Notes: generated from the letters alone by a model not told the origin. A stretch of DNA of 64,000 nucleotides from Octopus vulgaris (GCA_951406725.2 OX597825.1:74152001-74216000); one strand, 5' to 3'. Counted from the stretch's first letter, positions 42,336-56,767 are shown. A program made the numbers and translations.

Positions 42336-43799
42336 TATAATGCGTCTTATCAAAATCAATTCAGCTGCTGACACGTTTTATAGCTTAGAAGCTTCACTAT
42401 TAGTTTTCTGAATATTTTTCTGACTGGCATTTCCCATTTACTTTACGTGTAAGTGTCCAGCGCAAGTTATAAAAACAACTCGCCATTATTACATGGAAAA
42501 GCGTTGCAGTCATATTCTTTAGGGATTGCTTTAAAATCAATATTGATAATAGAATAAATCATCTCCAGTTATCCATCTCCTTAGCAACATTACTGCCACA
42601 TGTGCTCTACACAAACACTATGTAGTTCAGACGCAAGGAATTCATTTATGATTCTGGAGTTGATTTAACTTTGAAGGAGAAACTGGAAACGGAGAGCTGA
42701 GGCCTGTTGATAGCCTGATATTCTTCCATATTACTGCTGGACAAAATGATTTGAGTCGATAAATATTTACCGTCACCACAAAAGGCCATATTGCATGTAG
42801 ATTAACACTTTGGAAATTTTCTGCCATGTGAAATATTTGCCTTGTAAATCATTGCACCAGGCTAAATAAGTGTCAGGCAAATGTCTCTTTTGTGTGATAG
42901 GTTTCTGGGATTAGCAGTAAAACAATGGGAAACTTTGATTATTAATGAGGTTCATTACTGCGTCCTACGTTTTTGCGACAGATGTGTCATAGAAATTAAT
43001 AAAAGGGGGAAAACTTTTCAGGAACCAATTATAGAGAACGTGTATGACTGGACTGATAATGTACCCAGGTGGTAAATTTTCCTATTTCGATTGGATTTTG
43101 GCCGAAGTAATAGGTGGCGAGTAAGATGTGGTCCACTCGAGATAGGACGTAAAGGATTTGCAGGCTAGTTTATCTGCAGAGCTTTCAGCGTGCTTATTAT
43201 CACAGGAGTTTGTAAGCAGTAAGCCATCTTGCTGGCTGTGGAGGCAACAGAGGTTGTCTCAAGGTGGTTGTTGATCAGAATGTGAAAGCCCTGAAAGGAA
43301 CATTGGTGCCAGCAATCATGCTAAAGAGACACAAGGTGGGGCTGGATCAAACCCAAATGGGTAAACTAGGGGAGGCTGTCCAAATTTGAAAGAATCCAAA
43401 TACCTAATGGCTCCAAGTGGCCGGAAGTATGTAGATGCAGTCAACTTCGAAGGCAACAATAAATATTGGAAAGAAAGAAAAAAAATAATAAAATAAATTT
43501 CGTTTCCAAAGGACGTCGAAATCTTAAAAGGGAAGATGTTGTGGCGAGAGTCACGACACACCTTGCAGGAACAGACTTGACTGAACAACTATAAATAGTA
43601 GTGGTCTGAGTAAGAGACGCAGAGTAGGCGTTAATCGTTTTTGTTTAAAGCCTTGTGATTCGGTTGAGTATTCTTGTTTACCTGATTGTTGAAGGCTTAG
43701 TGCCTATTGTTGAATTTTGTTGAAGACTATTGCCGTTTTGTCTGCGGGCCTGTGTATTTGTTTGTTTTCTTTCCACCATTTAGGAGCGAAGAGACTTGG

Positions 43800-44710
43800 A
43801 AAAAATGAATAGCGAACCGGAACGAGTCCATGCCGGGAGCTATGCTTCGGCGACGAAAACGCTGGAGGTGCGTGAAGTATGAATTGAAAGGAAGAATTTG
43901 GAGTGTTGTAAGGAACTGATCCAAAAAGAGAAGTCAAGTTTAAGGTCTACCCCTCCAGAGGAATTAACCAGAAGAATGAGGAGGACAGTGGTGTACAGAA
44001 CGCCGTACATAACCAATAAAATAGAGATGGCATCAGAGGAAGCCATTGAGAAATGTATGGAAGACGTGAAGAGTGCCGTGAAATTCTACACTAGAGGGAG
44101 AAGATATGGCACAGTGGAGGTAGGTGAGGTTTGTCACCGAAGAAGAAGCAATAAATCACTCCACTGTGCCACTGAGATCACAAGAATAGGTGCTCCTGCC
44201 GATCTATTGCGACAAAAGAGTTGCAAGAATTAGAATCAGCAGAGTGCCACCTGAAATCTAAGAAGCATGACTGGTGACAACCGTGATGTACGGAATCAAA
44301 GAGAACGCAAAGTTAATCTAAGTTGCAAGAACGAAGAAAATGAATTGTTGGGGTACGGCTTGGAAATGGTTATCCAGGCCACCCAGCAAGACTTGAATGA
44401 AATAGCAAAAGAGGTGCTGTTGCCTGAAGATACAAACCTGGGAGAGGTGGTAGAGGGGCACATTAAAATAAAGTACCCCCAGATAAGTAGTGAAACTACA
44501 GAGAACCAGGAAGAACGTAGGCGTACTGTAACGGCAGCCCAAGCCCAAGATGAGGGTATGGAAGAAATAGAGGAGGAGGGATTCGCCGAATTATCGAAAA
44601 GGGAAAGAAAGGATACTGTGAAAACACCCCCTATATGTACAAAGAAGAAGAGGAATAGCAAAACAGAGGAGATTATACAGCAAGCAGACAACACAAAAAG
44701 TTCGAAATAG
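43800..44710 (+). pseudogene. Non-LTR retrotransposon ORF1-like relic
   Basis: Frameshifted but continuous coding-like sequence (ORFs 43898 and 44267): RRTVVYRT...TRGRRYGTVEV/RFVTEEEA...RVARIRISRVPPEI...YGLEMVIQAT..., ending in an acidic/basic low-complexity tail. This resembles L1/Tx1-type ORF1; the family assignment is inference. Confidence 0.55.
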
Positions 44711-44714
44711 AGGG

Positions 44715-45421
<707 letters not shown>

Positions 45422-45994
45422 TTATGGTTAATATATGTTTGCCTTTGATGAAAGTTCTCTTCTTGCACAACTGCAATTTGGAGCGTATACAACGCCCTGG
45501 ACTCTGGTTTGGTCAACGTAGTATTTTTCTTCATAGACAGGACTACGACTTCGACTGTGTTTGACCTCATCAGGTCAGGTCTGGTATAGTTATCTTTTAC
45601 CTTGTTCTTGATTCAGGAACTAGACTGCGATCATCCTGTAGCACAACCTTTAAGTGTTTACTCGGACAAATTTATCCATCTGATACTTATTCTATCTGCT
45701 ACTTTTGCCGAACCACTCATTTACTGAGGGGTATACCAGCCCACATCGGTTGTCAAGCGGTGTGGTGGGGACAAAACACACACACACACAGATATGACAA
45801 ATCTATAGGCTTGCACCTATAGAATAATTAAAATAACTTTTGACAGTATTTTCCTCGAATCAGGATGACGCTCCAATTTTTAATGATATTGTCTTCCTTT
45901 CCATCATGTTAAATATTTATCCGATAAATGTCTAAAGGGTGTGTAGATTAATCAACCGAGATTACAAATACGAATAGAGCGTGTATATCGATAC

Positions 45995-46037
<43 letters not shown>

Positions 46038-46153
46038 TATACATAAACTCACACACACATGTATATAAGTGTGCGTGTATATATATATATAAAAGCACAT
46101 AGTTTTGTGTGTCTGTGTCTGTGTACATATATACATACAATCATACATGTATG

Positions 46154-46207
<54 letters not shown>

Positions 46208-46339
46208 ATCCGAAATGTATAGTATTAAATATCCATCACGACTGGTCTTACTAATCGGTTTCCTGTAAAGAATACAACGGAGTTTTAGGCAACAAACCGA
46301 TTATATAACTTTACGCACATCAGAGTTAGCTGATACGGA

Positions 46340-46735
46340 AGGGAATATGGCAACTACTCTTTATTGTCGGGGATGTCACTTGATTGGGTATGATGTGAAG
46401 CCGGCAAGTATGTGGGGCAGTAAAAGCCCCTTCAGAACCCGCTTTAATAACCACAAGTCTTCATTCAACATCCCAGAGAGAAGTAACGCTACAACCCTAG
46501 CCAAGCACATCTGGACTTTGAAATAAAGCGTCACAGAGTACAGCATAAAGTGGAAGATCCTAGAAAGCTACAAACGTATTTCAATAGCAGCAGGAAGAGC
46601 AGATTATGCCTGGCTGAGGCGAGAGCTATTTTAAAAGGTACCCAACGCCCGGATGTTTACCTGAATAGCAGGAGTGAGGTGTTTAATCCTTGCCTGCATG
46701 AAAGGAAATATATTCTATCGTACCTGCGCGCCTAA
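46340..46735 (+). pseudogene. Penelope-like GIY-YIG endonuclease relic
   Basis: Reads KYVG..PFRTRFNNHKSSFNIPERSNATTLAKHIWTLK*..YSIKWKILES/YFNSSRKSRLCLAEARAIL..YLNSRSEVFNPCLHERKYIL, the typical PLE endonuclease C-terminal pattern. Confidence 0.85.
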
Positions 46736-46994
46736 TCGTGGCTGCAATCACAGGTCGACCTTCCGCAAACGACATCCACCAATGCCATTGGGCCCAGCAA
46801 AAAAAGTTTGATGAAAGCACACACCAAGGTACCCATTTATACACACGCACACATCCCTAGAAGGCGGACACGCACACGTCCCTATAAAGTAGATATCCCA
46901 CAAAATAAACTGTCTCCCGCGCCAACACATACCCCTTCGCATAAATTGTACTCCCACATATACACAGACCTCCCCCCACACACACGTTACACAC

Positions 46995-47189
46995 TGCAAA
47001 ATTTGGAGGGAAGGAATGAGTCGATTACATCGACCCCAATTGTTCAACAGGTACATATTTTATCGAATCCGAAAAAGATGAACGGCAAAGTCGACCTCAG
47101 CGGAATTTGAATTCAGAACGTAAGGACGGATGAAATATGGTTAAGCATTTTATCCGTCGTGCTAATGATTCTGCCAACTCGCCGCCTTA

Positions 47190-47261
<72 letters not shown>

Positions 47262-47435
47262 TAATCTCAAATTTTTGCACAAGGCCAGTAATTTCAGTGA
47301 AGGGGTAAGTCGATTACATTGACCCCGGTCCTTAACTGGTACTTATTTTATCGACCCCTAAATGGTGAAAAGCAAAGTGGACCTCGGTGTAATTTAATCT
47401 GAGAACGTGAAGACGGAAGAAATAGCGCTAAATAT
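46995..47435 (-). mobile_element. Two tandem SINE B (B2-tail) copies separated by (AAT)n
   Basis: Minus-strand copies at about 46995-47189 and 47270-47435, with an (AAT)n tract at 47190-47265. Confidence 0.8.
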
Positions 47436-48148
47436 GTTTTCTTTTTTAGTTTCAGTGTAAGGTCGGCGATTTTTGAGGAGAGGGCATTAGTCGATTACAG
47501 ACAGCACACTTCTTGACAGTTACTTTGTTTTTCACTCAAGAGGGAAGAAAGATGGAGGTAACCAATGAGCAATTTTGACTCAGAGTGTAAAGAGTTAGAC
47601 CACCATAAAGAGTTATTTCGAAAATGACAAAAATTTCACGGGGAAACAGCCGCCAGTCACAGAGATCCACAATATGATTTGTGTCTGTTTTGTTGATTCT
47701 AAAAGCAAACGGAAAGGCAAGTTTGATATTCGAGAGATTGGAACTCAGAACATGAAACGCTTCATCTAAATACTGTAAAATATATTGTCTAAAGCTCTAC
47801 CCATTGAAAACCCTCGGTGGTCATATGTAGGCATAATCGGTTCTGACCTAGAGTTACAGAACAAGAACAGCAAACCCATTTTTAATATTATCTCTATGCA
47901 AACATCAAAAGCAATATCAGGTGTTTACGTTGCATACATCAAAAGAAGAGATGAGAGCTCGAAAAATGCCAGACTGTTATAAATACCTGACATTTAGAAC
48001 ACATATTATAGTCGTTGTATGGGTTTGGTGAATCTTCATACATAACCATTGCCCAATAACAACAGCATTCCTTACAGCTTTTGTTGATTTAAGTAGGTGT
48101 TAGATAAATTTCTTGCCAGAGAAAAAGAAGGGATGTTGAATAACACGA

Positions 48149-48268
48149 AGAAGCCTCGACGCAGTCCCGATAGAGCATCGGAGCAAGCTCGACGCAGCTT
48201 CGACGCAGCCGTGGCGCAGCCTCGAAGAATCCGTGACGCAGCCTCGATGAAGCCGCGACTCAGCCTCT
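48149..48268. repeat. GC-rich 11-bp minisatellite (gacgcagcctc-like)
   Basis: About 10 diverged units, e.g. gacgcagcttc, gacgcagccgt, ggcgcagcctc, gacgcagcctc. Confidence 0.75.
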
Positions 48269-48985
48269 CGGCCTGCTATATAGGATAGCCAAATATCCCT
48301 CAAATTACCCTATGAATTCTGGGAAAAAATAAGATACATTTGGTTAATATTGTATTACATACACTATGTCACAAAACAAAGCAGACTTATTCTATCGATC
48401 CCGAAAGGTTGAATAGACTAAGTCAACCGCGGCAGATTTGAACTGGGAACGTAAATAGACGGAGAAAGGACGCTGAGCATTTCGTCCGGTGTTCTTACGA
48501 TTCTGCTTACTCACCAATAGTAAAAACAACTACAGGATTATCGATCCCAATGGATGGTGGTAAAAGCTTTATTAGATAGTAATGATAAAAAAAAGTGTGG
48601 AAAAAAAAAGAAAAAACAGATTTCGAATACAAAGTATTATGTTATTGATTTAATATAACCAATGAAATCTAAGTATCACCTGATCGATCTAAATTTCGTG
48701 ATTCTGAATAGTAAATAAGATTATTTAATTTTTCTATTATATTAGCTAAACATATTTCCATGACAACCAATCGTGTTCATATTTGCCCATTTTTCAAAAA
48801 TTTTACAGGTGACAAAATTAGACAATGTTTTCGTAATGTACGTTGTTTTCGAAAGATTATTTACAAAGATAGGAATGTTGATAACGTGAAGTATGGGCGA
48901 TATTTTATTATCTATAAAGTTTAATATCTCTCTGATAACAGAACTTGAACGAAGAGAACAGAATAAAACAATAACAAAATCATGA

Positions 48986-49048
<63 letters not shown>

Positions 49049-49236
49049 GGTTGAGAACGTAAAATTAAATCAAAATTCCGCCATATATACGGCAAAAATA
49101 TGACAAACAAACTATACTTTCATTATAATATAAACAAATAGTAGATAGAGCTTCTACTAATTTTCTTATCGCTTCCCAAATAGTATTAACTTATCACTGA
49201 TTTTTTTTTGCTTCGTAACACACACACACACACACG

Positions 49237-49268
<32 letters not shown>

Positions 49269-49505
49269 CATGTATGTACATATATATATAGGCACAGAAG
49301 TGGATCTGTGGTAAGAAGCTTGCTTACCAGCCACGTGGTCCTAGGTTCAGTCCCAAGCATGCCTATACCACGGCATAACTTCATGCTTATATATCAGTGG
49401 TACAGGTTACAAAGCTGAGGCAGTATACAAGCTGTTGACTAAGTAGGTAGCGATATGAAGATAGAATAGGGTGGTATAGATAAATATGGCTGATCTAAAA
49501 CTATA

Positions 49506-50318
49506 TTCTTTACTCTTTTACTTGTTTCAGTAATTTCACTGCGGTCATACTGGAGCACCGCCTTTAGTCGAGCAAATCGACCCCGGGACTTATTCTTTGT
49601 AAGCCCAGTACTTATTCTATCGGTCTCTTTTTGCCGAACCGCTAAGTTACGGGGACATGAACACACCAGCATCGGTTGTCAAGCGATGTTGGTGGGACAA
49701 ACACAGACACACAAACACACACACATATATATATATATATATATCTCTATATATAAACGGCAGTTTGTCTGTGCGTGTTTCTGTGTGTCTGTTTTCTCGT
49801 ACCCTCACCCTGACCACGGCTTTCAACCGATTCTGATGAAACTTGACACACGCATAGCCCAATGTCATAATTCAAAACTAACGCAGCGAAAATTTTGAAA
49901 AGTTCCCCCAGTTCTGAAAAAATCGATAAATTCGACATGGGGTCGAGAATAAAAAAAAACAAACCACAGACTGTCTAGGGGACGCAACTCAACCTTTTTT
50001 TACTCTCAAAAAACAATTTACCATAATTTTTTTCCCATTTTTTTGCTATTTTTTGGCTATAACTCTCTAAAGATGCTTTATAGTTATTTCCCTTACAAAC
50101 CTGAGCAACGCCGGGCGATACTGCTAGTATATATATATATATATATACATATACACGACAGGCTTCTTTCAGTTTCCGTCTACTAAATCCACTCACAAGG
50201 CTTTGGTCGGCCCGAGGCTATAGTAGAAGACACTTGCCCAAAGTGCCACGCAGTGGGACTGAACCCGGAACCATATGTTTGGTAAGCAAGCTACTTACCA
50301 CACAGCCACTCCTGTGCC
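49506..50318 (-). mobile_element. SINE family A interrupted by a Helitron
   Basis: Head ends at 50318 and tail at about 49506. The internal (TA)n is split by the insertion. Confidence 0.88.
49744..50127 (+). mobile_element. Non-autonomous Helitron (384 bp)
   Basis: 5' TC (a|tctctatatataaa), subterminal GC hairpin cctgagcaacgccggg about 10 nt before the 3' CTAG, insertion between A and T, and no TSD. Confidence 0.88.
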
Positions 50319-50345
50319 TCCTCAACCTACAACAACTTTATCACA

Positions 50346-50732
50346 GGTCGGGGCAAGTTGACACACTGTGTCAACTTGCCCCGACCCCGTTTCCCTCGTA
50401 AGCGTAAGCACTGAGAGAAAACCACTAGGGTTTCGCAAGAATCCATTTGTATGGGGTCGTGAGAGATATTTTACTAACTCCTTCAGGTTTAATACATATA
50501 ATGCAGTCTTAAACAATATCCAAAATAACTAATTATCAAAAATGTCGAAAATAACATACCAAGTGGAAAATTTCAATGTTGTCCACGTGTAGCAGACGAA
50601 CCCTCACAATGGCGACGAAATCAAATGATGGGGAAGCTTATACTAACAGCAGTACTATGATGTCATTAAATCGTCTGAAAATAGTTTCGCATTTTCTCTA
50701 GAGAAAATGTGTCAACTTGCCCCGATCTCCCC
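50346..50732. mobile_element. Pogo/Tigger-like non-autonomous element end
   Basis: Terminal tgtgtcaacttgccccgatctcccc followed by TA (50708-50734). The same motif forms an internal palindrome at 50346-50386. Confidence 0.6.
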
Positions 50733-51034
50733 TATACATACATGCATACGTATATTTATATATGCATACATACATATATATGAAAAAACAAGTCAAGATA
50801 GAAAATGCTAAAATAATTTTATAAAGAACATTTCAGTACCGGTTTCAATCATTTGAGACCTTTTCAACTGTAACAATTAAATGATTAAATTTAGAAAAAT
50901 TAAAAGGAAAGGTTTTTTTAAAGAATATTTGTATAGTGTTCAAATATAAGTGGCATTTTCCTAGTTTCTGTCTTTCTCTCTCTCTCTTGTTTACACTTGT
51001 GGGCTCCAGGTCGTTGTGTTTATATATATATATA

Positions 51035-51240
51035 ATGTGACCGCATGTGTACTGTTGGGGATTTTTTTCCTCTGTCTTCCCTTCTCTGGATCTTTCCTTC
51101 TCCTATGTTTCCGACGAAGAGCTCCGCTCGAAACGTTAATCCCTCCTTCTTTCCTTCTTTCCTGAGCGTCCAATAATACTATATTTGTTCCACGTCCTCG
51201 CGTTGTTGTGTTTTTTTGTGCTTTCTTGTTTGGATTAACT
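51035..51240 (+). mobile_element. Short repeat with minimal hammerhead-like motif, between (TA)n tracts
   Basis: ccgacga-agagc-tcc-gctc-gaaacgtt at 51111-51137. Downstream cctgagcgt...aatact parallels the 32695 family. Confidence 0.65.
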
Positions 51241-52240
51241 ATATATATATATATATATATATACCAATATATACATATGTACGCAGTGATATACATACAT
51301 AGTAACGCACGCAGAATCATATAATATCATTTCCAGGAGATGCCGACTCTGCTCCGAGGAATCTCTGTCTATTTTGTGGACCAATGAGGAGACGATCAAT
51401 AGAATTTCTGAAAGACTTCATACAAATAAATGTACTTTCGCACAATGCAGTAAGAATAAATTTGAGTAACTGTTAACATAACTTACTTTAAGGTATGGAT
51501 GAATTAAGTCTAGCTTTAACCTCCCCATTCTTTCTAACTCGCTATGTGAACATGTGTGCTCCAAAGCACACGTGTACATATACTTACATCTTCGTGGATG
51601 CTTGCATGAGTGAGTGTACATGCGCCATACAGCTTGCGCGTGGGCGCTTATTCATCCATGTCCGTTACAGTTATCTTAAATACTTTTCTCGCTGTATTGC
51701 ACGTTCGCTGCCTTTTGGCATTTATTATTTTATTCTTCAGAAATATTAAATTTCTAAATATCTCATAGAGATATGTGCGGTGGTGGAGCGATAGAGTGGT
51801 TGTATGCATGTCTCTAGATGCAGGCCTAGCTGTTGGGGGTGTTTGTTTCCCCTTCGTAAATATATAAGGACACAGGAAATGTGTCAAGGCCGACAAGAAG
51901 CGTCGATTCTTCCTAGGGCTAAATAGCGGTGGTGTAATTCCTTTTATGGGACTGTCATTTTAAGTTGACAGTATACAACCACTCTATTTTATTCTTGATC
52001 TGTTATATAAATCCTTTAATTTTCTGCTTTTCCTTATACGAAATGAGAAGATACATTACGAATCTGTTATTTTAACGAGTTATGTCCATTTATCGCCCGA
52101 AGAAACCCACCTGCATCGTTCGATGCTTCTGAACTAGTTGTTAAGTATTCCAATCCTGATGGTTTGATGCTAGATGTGCCGAAACAATTGTAGTGATTAA
52201 TAAAAATTACCGTATCTTCCACTTCCGTCTTTCATTTACC

Positions 52241-52279
<39 letters not shown>

Positions 52280-52310
52280 TACAGACCCCCCGAGGCTACA
52301 GAAAACACTT

Positions 52311-52648
52311 GTGAAGGCGCATGGCTCAGTGGTTTGAGCGTCGAGCTTACGATCGTGAGGTTGTGAGTTCGAATCCAGGACCGGGCTGCGTGTTGTATCT
52401 TGAGCAAGACACTTTATTTCACGTTGCTCCAGTTCACCCAGTTGTAGAAATGAGTTGCGACGTCACAGGTTCCAAGCTGTATCGGCCTTTGCCTTTCCCT
52501 TGGATAACACTGGTGGCGTGGAGAGGAGAGTTGATATGCATGGGTGACTGCTGGTCTTCAATAAAACAGCCTTGCCCAGACTTTTACCTGGGAAGGTAAC
52601 TTTCTAGGTGGAATCCCACGGCCAGTCATGACCGAAGGGGGTCTCATA
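52311..52648 (+). mobile_element. SINE family D (tRNA head plus CORE-like domain)
   Basis: A box tggctcagtgg, B box gttcgaatcc, then cttgagcaagacactttatttcacgttgctccagttcacccag. Confidence 0.8.
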
Positions 52649-52651
52649 TGC

Positions 52652-52712
<61 letters not shown>

Positions 52713-52995
52713 GAGGCAGAGAGCGTAATGTGGCATCGGCAAAATGTTTAAGCATGTATATAGGTATATGTACACATACATGCGTGTACATACGCATAAA
52801 GGTGTGCGTATTTGTGTGTGTGTATTTGTGATTGTGTGTGTGATTTTGTGTATGTTTGTATGTGTGCATGTATGTGTTTGTGTGTAATGGTGTAGGTTTT
52901 ATATTTCCATGAAAGGTGACACCTATTGGATTGTTACTCTGAGATATTTTGCCAATTATTCAAGCAGGTTATGAAGCGAAGCAACGAAACAGCGG

Positions 52996-53045
<50 letters not shown>

Positions 53046-53096
53046 AGAGAGAGAGATGCAAATGTACATATATGTATACACACATACAATCTCACA

Positions 53097-53127
<31 letters not shown>

Positions 53128-53142
53128 GCACACACACGCACA

Positions 53143-53178
<36 letters not shown>

Positions 53179-55217
53179 TCAGAAATATTAATTTATTCTC
53201 TAGATGTATAAGTTTGAAGTTTATTGAATGATATTAACAAGTCTATATCGATTGGTCAGTTATAGAACACACCATCTCATCTATTTATGGCCCCAGAAAC
53301 TGTGATCTTTGTCTCTTAGAGAAATATAACACCCTATTGCAATTTCTCTGCAATATTTAATAATTTTTCGCAGTTGGTGAATTCATGCAGTACTTACCTT
53401 CAAATTTATTGGAAGCTTTCTTATTACTAAATGGCTTAAATATGATTCCCAGAATAGATTTGGTCATATACTGAAAATGGTCACATATTGAAAAAATTTC
53501 AGTTATTCATTAACGCTAAATCTATGTGGACAAATGCCAACGTTCTTGCTTTTGTGTATTGTACATATATGATACTGAAGATATGTAAATATCTCACATA
53601 CTTTAGATTACAAATAGATGAATAAATCACATGTTCTGCGCATGAAGACCGAATAGGTGATACAGGGTATTTTCTAATTTTTCCCTCAAGCAATGGATCT
53701 CAATGAGTAATCCTATTTCGCCGAATTTGAGAACGTATTAAATTACATACTGTCAACGTTCCGTCTTCAGGCGTGTGAAAGGTATTTACTTGTGTGTATG
53801 TATGTGTGCGTTTATGTGTGTGCATATGTGTATGTGTGCATGTGCGTGTGTGAGCACGTTTGTCCATGCATGCTTATGTATTTGTACGTTTATACAGATA
53901 TATATATATATATTCATATACGTATCCTTTAATTTATGTTTGACCATCTTTGTGTATAATTGTTCATCCCCCTCACACACAAACACATGTAGCTTCTTAT
54001 TCACCACTCTCTGTTGAGAGTGGTGCTGGAGTTTGTTGTAGAAATATTGTTATTATTTGTTGCATTGTTCCTGTTCAAATTGCTGAGCTTGTTGAAACAA
54101 GATCTTTAGTAGTTCAAATGTTCAATTAAGCCGCTCCCTTGTTGAACACCTAAGCACAGCTTCTCTCTCTGATGATGTTTAGAAAATCTACCACAATAAG
54201 AAAAAAACAAACCTCAAAGAAAATTCTATGTATGTTCATTACGCTTCAATAATCGTTTGTTTAAAATCATGTCGTTGTGTAATATGACTTAATGAATCTC
54301 TTAATTGGTAGACGGACATATAATTTACCCGAGGGAAATATTCAATTATATCAATACTAATACTTGACTGGTACATACGCTGGCTGTTTCGAACATATGA
54401 AGCACAAAGTAGATCCCAGAAGATTTGAAAGTTTGAATCTCGAAGTAAGGCAACGCATTAGTACAAGGCATTTTGTCCCCGATACTATTGACTATACCAA
54501 ACCGCAATCTTAACATGGCTGTTATAGTTACCAACATGCATAGTGTTCGAGCCTGCTGCCGTCACATTGCTGGTTCCTCTTTTCTTTCTTCTTTCATTTT
54601 CATAGCAAAGAAGAGATTCAACAAAGTTATTCTCATCACCTAACAGAAAATAAAACTCAATTGCAAGGCGCAGAGGAGCCTCTCTGAGTTTACATAATTT
54701 CTACGTTGATGTTTGAGGATCTCGAAGTAGCAGCTAAATACCGTCCAGATTTTGCTTTAGTTTAAACCATCTGGTCCAGACTGTATAATTCCTAACAGAA
54801 AAAAAAGGTGTTGATCACGGCTGAAATACACTTGATTTACTAAGTGATGAGGGTTTATTTAGGACTGAGAGGCCATGCAAGGGAAAATTAGGGTCTACTT
54901 GAAGGTAAACAACTTCGCCAAATTGGGGCTCATTTACAACTCAACAAGAATAAGTCCTGGCGGTCGATTTTCTCGACTAAAGGCGGTACTCCAGCATGGC
55001 CACAGTCAAATGACAGAACAAGTAAAAGAATATATATATATATACATATATATATATATTTGTGACAGTAACAGTGATTCGGTTCTATGCAACTTAAAGT
55101 GATTCGTAGACGCATCATTCGAACCTAGATCGTCAAGCTTATTCATGTGTGTGTGTGTATATATATATATGCATGTATATATATGTGTATATGTTCATTG
55201 ATATATATACATACATG

Positions 55218-55288
<71 letters not shown>

Positions 55289-55631
55289 AGGTTCTGTCGT
55301 ATTAAAAATGATGTACTACATAGAACAATTGAGCTGCAATTAAACATACATTCTATATATTTAATATAGATTTATATAGTAATAATAATTTTATGTTTAT
55401 TGAAAACATTTTAAAGGATCCATAGGGAATTAGATATGAAGGTAATTAAATGTAAGGGTAAGGTATTACATTAATTATTACATTATTTTATTGAACTTTG
55501 AACAATAAAACCTCTTTCGTCAATTGTCGAACATTTCTCCATCAATTATTTCAATAAATCTCTTGTGATTTAATGAAATATAAGTAAAAATGACAATTTG
55601 AACATATCAAATGTTAATCATGTTCTCGACA

Positions 55632-55790
55632 GGCGTGGATGTGTCGTAAAAAGCTTGCTTCCTAACCACATGGTTTCAGGTTCAGTCCCACAGCTTAGAC
55701 AAGTATTTTCTACTATAGACTGAGTTCGACCAAAATCCTGTGAGTGGATTTGGTGGATGGAAACTGAAAGAGACCCTCGCGTGTATATAT

Positions 55791-55863
<73 letters not shown>

Positions 55864-56070
55864 TGTGGTTGTCCCCACCATCGCTTGACAACCGAGGTTC
55901 ATGTATTAACGTCTCTGTAACTTATCGGTTCGGCAAACGAGAAAGATAGAAAAATTATCAGGTTTTAAAAGAACAGTTGTAGGGTTAATTCATTCGACTA
56001 ATATTTTTCAAGGCAGTGCCCCAGAATGGCAATATTCCAATGACTGAAAGAAGTAAAAAGATAGAAAGAT
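55632..56070 (+). mobile_element. SINE family A, diverged
   Basis: Family A head, core, (TG)n and tail. Confidence 0.85.
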
Positions 56071-56209
56071 GGCTTGTGTGAGAGCATGCGGAAAGAGTTT
56101 ACAAATTTCACTGACTACATTTTAGTTATACTCGTTTATAAACAAATGATATCATGTACATTTGCAGTCGAAGATTAACGTTCCAAAACAATATATATAT
56201 TGTATATTA

Positions 56210-56638
56210 TTTTACTTTTTTCCGTCATTTGACTACGGCAATGCTGAAGCATTGCCTTAAAGGGTCTCAGTTGGACAAAACGACCCCAGGACTTATTCTT
56301 TGTAAGCCTAGTACTTATTCTCTCGGTCCTTTTGCCGAACCGCTAAGCCACTGGGACGTGAACACACCAGCATCAATTGCCAAGCAATGGTGGGGGGACA
56401 AACAAAGACACGCAGACATAAATACATACACACACACGCGCGCACACACACACGCGCGCACACACACATATAAATGTACAACGGTCTTTCAGTTTCCGTC
56501 TACCAAATCCACTCACAAGGCTTCGGTCGGTCCGAGGCTATAGTAGAAGACACTTGTCAAGGTGACAGGCAGTGGAACTGAACCCTTAACCACGACGTTC
56601 GTAAGCAAGCTTCTTACCACACAGCCACTCCTACGCCT
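56210..56638 (-). mobile_element. SINE family A, inverted relative to the 55632 copy
   Basis: Reverse complement of the full family A architecture. Confidence 0.85.
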
Positions 56639-56688
56639 ATAGATATTTACATACATACATACATACACACACAAATATATATATATAC

Positions 56689-56767
<79 letters not shown>

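Noticed and set aside
43200-43480. Possible C-terminus of a restriction-like-endonuclease LINE
   Set aside because: The resemblance is faint and needs a profile search.
52316-52390. Possible tRNA gene
   Set aside because: A and B boxes are present, but there is no complete acceptor stem and it continues into a CORE-like body. It is a SINE head, as are those of families A-C.
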